From Cyanobacteria bacterium P01_C01_bin.120 (lineage in GTDB: Bacteria > Cyanobacteriota > Cyanobacteriia > Phormidesmidales > Phormidesmidaceae): a DNA stretch of 64,000 bases. Position 1 is the stretch's first letter. Every line of letters begins with the position of its first letter. The notes under the pieces are model-generated. The model saw only the letters and a list, made by a program, of their open reading frames with translations. It ran no database searches and had not been told where the DNA came from. Position numbers and translations under genes: made by a program. This document shows positions 57,873 through 64,000 of the stretch, one piece after another. The stretch covers positions 80 to 64,079 of the forward strand of contig JBCCJU010000004.1 of NCBI GenBank assembly GCA_039027715.1. The letters are read 5' to 3'.

Positions 57873-59378
57873 CTACTTGGTCACCCGTGCTCTGAACTCA
57901 TCAGCAGCGCCGTAGATCCGTGTTTTCTTCTCGGCACTCATTCGATCCAAGTTGCTGATAATCGCACTCATGCGATAGTTCTGCTTAAAGAATGGGCGGT
58001 GAGCATCGATAAATTGCCAATAGAGTCCGTCAATGGCATCACACCACGGCCCTTTTTTGTAGTCGCTCATTTTAAGCAAATAGTTGGAGCCGCAGATGTA
58101 AGGTTTGGTGGCAAAAATTCCGCCATCGCTGAACTGTCCCATGCCGTATACATTAGGCCCCATGACCCAATCGGATGAGTCCACATACATTTCCATGAAC
58201 CAGCGGTGCACGGCGCGTGGGTGCACCGCGCACATCAGCATAATATTGCCGACAATCATCAGCCGTTCGATGTGGTGGTTGTAGCCTAAACGCACCGCTT
58301 TTTGAATAGCGTCATCTAGAGGTGGGATTCCCGTTGAGGCATCATACCAGCAGGGTTTAAGTTGACGCTGGTGATCAAAAAAGTTTTCAGTTTCTTGGCG
58401 ATCGCTATAGTGCCGGTAAATGCCTCGCATAAATTCCCGCCAGCCGATAATTTGTCGCACAAATCCTTCGAGGGAATTCAGCGGAATATTGTGGTTCTCA
58501 GCAAAAGCCATAGCGTGGTCAATCACTTCCGTCGGCGTCACCAAACCCATATTGAGCATTGGGCTCAGCACTGAATGGTAGACAATATCTGAACGTGAGG
58601 TAATGGCATCTTCATAGGTACCAAAATGTTGAAAGCGCTGCTTTAAAAATCGTTCTAGCCAGGCTAGCGACTGTTCGCGTGTCGTCGGTAGCCAGAAAGC
58701 AGCGCTGTCGCCTGGATGATCGGCAAAAAGTGCATCAACCAGCTCGGCAACGTCACTTACATGGGCAGGATGGTTTAATGCTTCAAGTTTGGGCGGTTCA
58801 AGCTGTTTGGGCAGTTTTTTACGGTTGGCTGCATCCAGGCTGTATTTACCGCCCACAGGACTGCCATCCTCGGTCATCAGAATGTCACGAGATTTCCGCA
58901 ACTGCTCATAAAACGTTTTCATAAACGGCTTCTTAGACGCCGCCAGGTAGTCAGAAAACTCCTCTCGGGAAACGAAAAACATGGGACTGGGGAGCAGCTC
59001 CAGCTCAACATCAAGCGCCGCACACAAATCTGTCAGACGCGATTCAAAGAATTTATCTTCAACTTCAAATGCCGTCAGGGTGCCCACTTGGTGCTCCGTC
59101 AAAAAAACTTCCAGTTTTTGTTCATACGTCTGATCCACCGTGGCTTCAGTAAGCCGGTGATAGGTGACCTGTGCCCCGGCTGCCGCCAGCGCATCGGCGT
59201 AGGAACGCATCGCCGCGAGAAAGAGAATGAGTTTATGTTTGTGATAGCGATAGTGGGTACACAGGCTGTAATCCTCGGCCATAAACACGGGCAGTGAGGT
59301 CAGCGTGGGTAAGCAGCTTTTGGGAAAGAGTTGATTGCCAAGGAGGAGGAGGGCTTGAGGAGAAGCTGCATCAGTCAT
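57873..59378 (-). CDS. Cryptochrome/photolyase, PhrB/(6-4) bacterial type (DPRP domain + FAD-binding)
   Basis: LGNQLFP, HKHKLILFLAAMR, RQIIGWREF, YNHHIERLM, FATKPY. Start moved to 59378. Confidence 0.93.
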   Translation of the reverse strand: MTDAASPQALLLLGNQLFPKSCLPTLTSLPVFMAEDYSLCTHYRYHKHKLILFLAAMRSYADALAAAGAQVTYHRLTEATVDQTYEQKLEVFLTEHQVGTLTAFEVEDKFFESRLTDLCAALDVELELLPSPMFFVSREEFSDYLAASKKPFMKTFYEQLRKSRDILMTEDGSPVGGKYSLDAANRKKLPKQLEPPKLEALNHPAHVSDVAELVDALFADHPGDSAAFWLPTTREQSLAWLERFLKQRFQHFGTYEDAITSRSDIVYHSVLSPMLNMGLVTPTEVIDHAMAFAENHNIPLNSLEGFVRQIIGWREFMRGIYRHYSDRQETENFFDHQRQLKPCWYDASTGIPPLDDAIQKAVRLGYNHHIERLMIVGNIMLMCAVHPRAVHRWFMEMYVDSSDWVMGPNVYGMGQFSDGGIFATKPYICGSNYLLKMSDYKKGPWCDAIDGLYWQFIDAHRPFFKQNYRMSAIISNLDRMSAEKKTRIYGAADEFRARVTK

Positions 59379-59661
59379 AAATCTGCGCTTAGAGCAATGA
59401 AGGATAGAAAGTAAGGGCTGACCGAGTTGTTGACCAAAGCATCGACCCCGCACACAATTTCCCATATGCCGAGCAGCCTAAAGAGCGATCGCCCTTATGT
59501 TGACCTCACTTTGATTCGATCAACAACTGTGGTGTTCCGCTATTCACCATAACGCTGATTGTTCCAAGCCTGAGCGATCGCACCAGGTCACAGCCATCGC
59601 TTATCGGCAATAGACAGCTCGCATGATCGTGGCAATTTGCCCTCTCGGTAATCGACCTTCT

Positions 59662-60243
59662 TCAACGAGTACCTGACGCTCGCTGATTTTGAGCCGCGAG
59701 CGTGGCGGTTTTCTGAATGCGTTTGGCTCGCGTTTCGGGCTGCTTGGCTAGCTTGATCCATCGCAGAATATCGCGCTTGGCAGAGTCCGGAAAGGCTTCG
59801 TAGTTGTCCAGTGCCGGGGGGTGCTGTTCCAGCGCCGCCACCAAATCATCCGGCTTAATCAAAGCATCCACGTCATTCAAAAAGTCCCAGGCGCCGCTCC
59901 GCTGTGCTGCGGATACCGCCTCAAGACCAGCCTGATGCATGCGCCCCGTTTGGGTAAGTTTGGCCACCCGATCTTTGTAGGTTTTCGACCAGTGCTCGGT
60001 TTTGCGCGGCGACAACAGCTGCATCGTGCGATCGCCATCCAGCTTCATGCGCCGCCCATCCATCCACCCAAAGCACAACACCTCGTCCAATACTGCTTGA
60101 ATGGAGACATACTTGGCCGGTACGGTCTTCTTATACGTCACTAGCCAAATGGATTCTGCTTGCTTGTGATTCGCCTCAAACCACTGCCGCAATTCCTCTA
60201 CCGAGGCCACTTCTACTCTTTCGAGATCTTGTACTTTGGCCAC
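59662..60243 (-). CDS. YdeI/OmpD-associated family protein
   Basis: LCFGWMDG, WSKTYK, GRMHQAG, PDDLVAAL, AKQPETRAKRI. Confidence 0.92.
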   Translation of the reverse strand: MAKVQDLERVEVASVEELRQWFEANHKQAESIWLVTYKKTVPAKYVSIQAVLDEVLCFGWMDGRRMKLDGDRTMQLLSPRKTEHWSKTYKDRVAKLTQTGRMHQAGLEAVSAAQRSGAWDFLNDVDALIKPDDLVAALEQHPPALDNYEAFPDSAKRDILRWIKLAKQPETRAKRIQKTATLAAQNQRASGTR

Positions 60244-60514
60244 CGTTCAGTTCACTCTCAAAAAAGTGCATTCTTTATAATCAACGGCAAAGGTTTTCTA
60301 GGCCAAACGTCTGCCAGTTTTAGAGGTGCCGGAAAGCTGACAGTAGATGCCAGGTCTATTAGTGTAGCTCCTTGATGCCTGGCAATCATCCTGAAACGCC
60401 GCCATTTCCGCTCCCTAAACTTTTGTAGGAGTACTCCTATTCAGCTACCCATCGTCCTTTCGTCCGTCCCTCCTGCTACTCTATTAACAACCAACCGCAC
60501 TGGAACCAGCCGCT

Positions 60515-60736
60515 GTGTTTGAACAACTGCTCCGACGATACGAGCCTAGCCCTCAAGAGGTTTTGGAAGTGCTAGAGCTGCATCAGCTCACGATGGAATT
60601 TCGGCAAGAGCAGCACTATCGCGAGGCATTAGAAGCGCACTGTCAGACCCATTCTCAACTCGTTCAGCAGCATCAAGCAGAGCATGCAGCCATGCAAGAT
60701 GAGCCAAATTTTTTCGCTTTTTTCTGGCGAAAGTAG
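60515..60736 (+). CDS. Hypothetical small protein
   Basis: 73-aa helical ORF ending in NFFAFFWRK. Confidence 0.65.
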   Translation: MFEQLLRRYEPSPQEVLEVLELHQLTMEFRQEQHYREALEAHCQTHSQLVQQHQAEHAAMQDEPNFFAFFWRK

Positions 60737-60757
60737 GCGGTGAATTATGGCAACGGG

Positions 60758-61045
60758 TCAATGGCGAAGTTTTTGACGTAGACGCAGACTGTTTTGATTC
60801 GCGGTGAAACAGCTCTGTGGGTCTCGCAGGTATTGCTGGCCCAGTGCGATCGCCATCCGCAACTGTTCTACAGTCATATTTTTGTAGGCGGGCTTCTCCA
60901 AATGTCGATACCAAACATCTTGAAACAGGTTATCGAGGATGATGCGGGCAAAACAGTGATTGGCCCGGACTGGATAGGGCTGCTGTTTGGCTGCATGGGG
61001 CAACTGGTGATTGACTAAGTTCAGATACTGAGCGGTTAAAGTCAC
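60758..61045 (-). CDS. Conserved hypothetical protein
   Basis: PVRANHCFARIILDN...W...PAY...NSLRLR, a motif set I recognise from small bacterial hypothetical proteins. Function unknown. Confidence 0.75.
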   Translation of the reverse strand: MTLTAQYLNLVNHQLPHAAKQQPYPVRANHCFARIILDNLFQDVWYRHLEKPAYKNMTVEQLRMAIALGQQYLRDPQSCFTANQNSLRLRQKLRH

Positions 61046-61313
61046 AAAATTATGGTCGGTTTTAGAATGTGATGCAGTCTACTTTGCCTTCTTAGTCTAT
61101 GTAGAAAAGTCAGAGTAACTTTTAGCGAAAGTAGAGTTTTAGAGAACTATTTTGGGTAGATTAAGCACGTAAGACCTGGATCATTTGATGTGATAGGCCT
61201 GCAACAATAAGCTACCTTGTGGAAAGTAGTCAAGCTCAAGAATTCTCAAGACTTTTTCTAATTAACACACTACTGAAAAGATTATCACCTATCAAAACGC
61301 ATCGAGATTAGCC

Positions 61314-62414
61314 ATGAAAGTTCTCATACAGCATCGTCATGGAGATGAGATCAGCGGAGTGACAACTTATGTAAGTACCATATTGCCAGAGTTAAGAAGC
61401 TTAGATATTGATGCTGATATTGTTTCAACGCAGAAAGACAGGTTAATTGTTTGGCTTAGAAAAATCAAACAGTGCGATATAGTTCACATGAATTCAAATC
61501 ATCTGGGCTTTGCTGCTATTTGCAAGCTGCTTGGGAAGAAGATTGTTATTAAGTACCACTTCCCTTTTTACAAGACCACACATTCAGAATATTTTCCCTC
61601 CTCTTATTCTAAACGGATATGGGAAGAGATTAAAGCACTCCAGCCTAAATCTAACTATCCCTTGAAGTGGAAGCTTTTCGCTGCAATTAACTATGTCCGT
61701 TTAGGGATTCGCATGTCTACTGCGCACCTTGCAGATCTACATATTGCTTGTAGTGAGTTCATGGCTAAATCTCTCGATTTCCCGTGGCCAGTAGAAACAG
61801 TTTATAATCCAATTTCTTTGCATCATATTAACTCTAAAAAACTGTCAGATTTAGAGGGTCCACTAACTTTTACTTTTGTTGGTCGCATTGAAAAAGATAA
61901 AGGAGTTGACCTTTTACTAAATGCTGCTGCTCATATCGCCCCTTCATCGCCAAAATTTAAAATTTACATTATCGGCAATGGGACATTTCTAGAACCACTC
62001 AAGGAATTATCAAAAAAGCTTGACCTGGAGGATAAGGTCATCTTTAAAGGTAAGCTTCCTCCGGAAGAATTATTGCCTATTGTCCAAAAATCACTCGCTT
62101 TAGTTGTGCCATCAAGAATCCAAGATCCTGCTCCCTATGTAGTAATGGAAGCATCTAGTGTCGCAACCTGCTCGATTACTTCAGAGGCAGGTGGTTTACC
62201 GGAAATAGCGACTCCTGTAGGGCTTTCATTTGAGAGAGAAGACTTTAAAACCCTCACAAACTTATTGCAGTACGCGCTAGAGAATCCGGAGGAAATGCTG
62301 CAGCGAGGACAACAAGCATACGAATATACGGGCAAGAATTTTTCGCCAATGCGGACAGCATGCCAACTCGCCGAACTGTGTAGCCGTCTAAATCAGGCTA
62401 AAAGTGAGGTGTAG
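61314..62414 (+). CDS. Glycosyltransferase family 4
   Basis: FVGRIEKDKG, VVPSRIQDPAPYVVMEA, GGLPEI. The gene is AT-rich. Confidence 0.92.
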   Translation: MKVLIQHRHGDEISGVTTYVSTILPELRSLDIDADIVSTQKDRLIVWLRKIKQCDIVHMNSNHLGFAAICKLLGKKIVIKYHFPFYKTTHSEYFPSSYSKRIWEEIKALQPKSNYPLKWKLFAAINYVRLGIRMSTAHLADLHIACSEFMAKSLDFPWPVETVYNPISLHHINSKKLSDLEGPLTFTFVGRIEKDKGVDLLLNAAAHIAPSSPKFKIYIIGNGTFLEPLKELSKKLDLEDKVIFKGKLPPEELLPIVQKSLALVVPSRIQDPAPYVVMEASSVATCSITSEAGGLPEIATPVGLSFEREDFKTLTNLLQYALENPEEMLQRGQQAYEYTGKNFSPMRTACQLAELCSRLNQAKSEV

Positions 62415-62699
62415 CAATCCGGTTTGAATATTGACAGAATATTGAGTCTAAACTCTTTCTGGACTTTAATTTTAGGAATTAAATAATCAGGCATGAATAA
62501 CTAATTCGAGATAGAGATGAGAGCAAAGGTGAAATTCCTGCCCACTTTTATCTCATTTATTTGCCGCAATTTGCTTAAGGCTGTTGTGGATATTGCCTAA
62601 CATTTTGTTGATGCGGTGGCCTAACGGCTCAGCTCGTGGAGTCAGCTAAATACCACCGCACAACTTGATAGTCAGTCGTAACGTTGTTCAGGATGACGC

Positions 62700-63476
62700 T
62701 TAAATCTCACCCACAATAATGGGTTCTCCTACGGGCTCCAGAGGAGCTGACGTATCTGCCTGGGTGACAAAGACTGTTTGAGCTTTAACGCCTTCAGGAA
62801 TACTCTCGGGGGGATTTAAGGTGACATACACGGAGCCGTTTTCATCCGTCGTAAACTCTCCGCAGAGGAACGGCTGGCCATTATCGAGCGATAGCCACAT
62901 CCGATAAATCTGGTCGGGGGGCAGCGGCGGCAAGTCGGCAATGGAGACAATGACTTGCTCCCACTGACCGGGCGTAAACAGCAGCGTTCCGGCTGAATTG
63001 TCGCCTTGGAGCGCCACCAAACGGCTCTGGGGCTGCTGCAAAATTGAGGCGACTTCAGGGTTGCGATCGCCCTGAGCCAGGCTAAACTGCCGCCTGAGCC
63101 GAAAATTATCAAAAGCCAGCAGCAACAGCGCTGGAATCGATAAGGCGGCAGCGAGCTTGGCCCAAGACCGTGAGCGGGGAGGCGGGGTGAACTGGCGACG
63201 AGTGACCTCACTCGCTGCGCTGGTGGCGCTAGTTTCGCTCACCTCGCTAGCCTCGAAGGCTGCCATAATCTGGTTTTCTAAGTAGGCGGGTGGCGTGACC
63301 ATATCCGAGCCGTGAGGAATCAGCCGCAAGCTAACGCGAAGCGCATCCACTTCTTGCTGCATGGCTGGATTCGTGCTCAGCAGTTGCGCGACCTGCACTT
63401 CTTCTTCAGAAGTCAGATCCCCTAGGACATACCCGGCTGCTAATGCTTGTTCTTCGTTTGATAATGACTGTGTCAT
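62700..63476 (-). CDS. Anti-sigma factor (RskA-like)
   Basis: LAAGYVLGDL, a TM segment, LPPLPPDQIYRMW. It lies directly downstream of the ECF sigma gene. Confidence 0.92.
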   Translation of the reverse strand: MTQSLSNEEQALAAGYVLGDLTSEEEVQVAQLLSTNPAMQQEVDALRVSLRLIPHGSDMVTPPAYLENQIMAAFEASEVSETSATSAASEVTRRQFTPPPRSRSWAKLAAALSIPALLLLAFDNFRLRRQFSLAQGDRNPEVASILQQPQSRLVALQGDNSAGTLLFTPGQWEQVIVSIADLPPLPPDQIYRMWLSLDNGQPFLCGEFTTDENGSVYVTLNPPESIPEGVKAQTVFVTQADTSAPLEPVGEPIIVGEI

Positions 63477-63488
63477 GTTCTTATCCCT

Positions 63489-64000
63489 TCACTCGACCGC
63501 GCTGCCTAGCAGTCGTCTCAGGGCTATCAATCCCTGACGAGCATTTGTCTTTACTGTACCCAATGGTAAATCGAGCTGTTGGGCAATATTGGACTGGCTT
63601 ACACCCTGATAGAAGTTCATTTCTAGAATTTGCCGTTGCCGATCTGGTAGTTCGGCTAGGACTCGCTTAAGGGTCTGCTGCTGTTCTTCTAGTGAGGCAT
63701 TTTCTAGCGGCGTCGAGGCTGTCAACTCTGGTGGGGGCATGGCCTTGAGTTTCTCTAGCGATCGCTGCTGGCTGCCACGGCTCTTTAGTCGGTTTAAGGC
63801 CCGACTCCGAGTCACAACGCCGAGATAAGTGCTGAGTGCAGCCCGGTTAGGGTCAAATCTTTCTTGTTTCCAGAAGTTCAGAAACACCTCTTGAGTCAAG
63901 TCTTCTGCCTCACTGGCACTGTTCAGCATTTTGAAGGCAATGGTATAGACTAAACCGCTGTAGCGCCTGTATAACAGCCTCAAGGCATCTTGATAGCCAT
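63489..64000 (-). CDS. ECF-type sigma-70 factor, 5'-partial
   Basis: LYRRYSGLVY, AEDLTQEVFL, LDLPLGTVKT. The frame is open to the window end. Confidence 0.94.
   Translation of the reverse strand, partial: GYQDALRLLYRRYSGLVYTIAFKMLNSASEAEDLTQEVFLNFWKQERFDPNRAALSTYLGVVTRSRALNRLKSRGSQQRSLEKLKAMPPPELTASTPLENASLEEQQQTLKRVLAELPDRQRQILEMNFYQGVSQSNIAQQLDLPLGTVKTNARQGLIALRRLLGSAVE

Larger units (their letters stand above)
1..64000. repeat. HIP1 octamer GCGATCGC dispersed throughout
   Basis: Dozens of copies (for example near 3447, 14941, 26308, 50336), but none seen in the AT-rich segments. This is a hallmark of cyanobacterial genomes. Confidence 0.95.

Noticed and set aside
1-64000. CRISPR arrays, rRNA, complete tRNA, tmRNA/rnpB/ffs, transposases, integrases
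   Set aside because: No regularly spaced repeats or recognisable RNA-gene or mobility motifs were found by eye. A covariance-model search was not possible.

Overview
Chromosomal segment of a cyanobacterium (abundant HIP1 GCGATCGC, psb28, ycf37, ccb1, bioU, cyanobacterial mrp cluster; probably a filamentous Leptolyngbya-like strain, by inference). It is mostly housekeeping and metabolic genes (acs, hisG, thiE/thiS, rpmI-rplT, rlmH, EF-G paralogue, Mrp antiporter, photolyase, ECF sigma/anti-sigma) mixed with accessory genes. I found no rRNA, complete tRNA, transposase or CRISPR array. The strongest signal is a ~67-aa domain (32/67 identical, ungapped) shared by the N-terminus of a NACHT-HEAT (NLR-like) protein at 14 kb and the C-terminus of a stand-alone TIR protein at 47 kb. 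This suggests a dispersed sensor/effector immune pair linked by an effector-associated domain. The NACHT gene also has an AT-rich central repeat cassette and an in-frame stop that cuts off a G/N/Q-rich tail. Other notable items: a ZIP transporter with an inserted cNMP-binding domain, an RluA lacking its catalytic Asp, a pseudokinase-TPR protein, a (6-4)-type photolyase without Fe-S cysteines, and an NdhR/CcmR-type box upstream of the mrp operon. Several start codons were moved from the ORF track by eye. Family names come from motif recognition, not from database searches.
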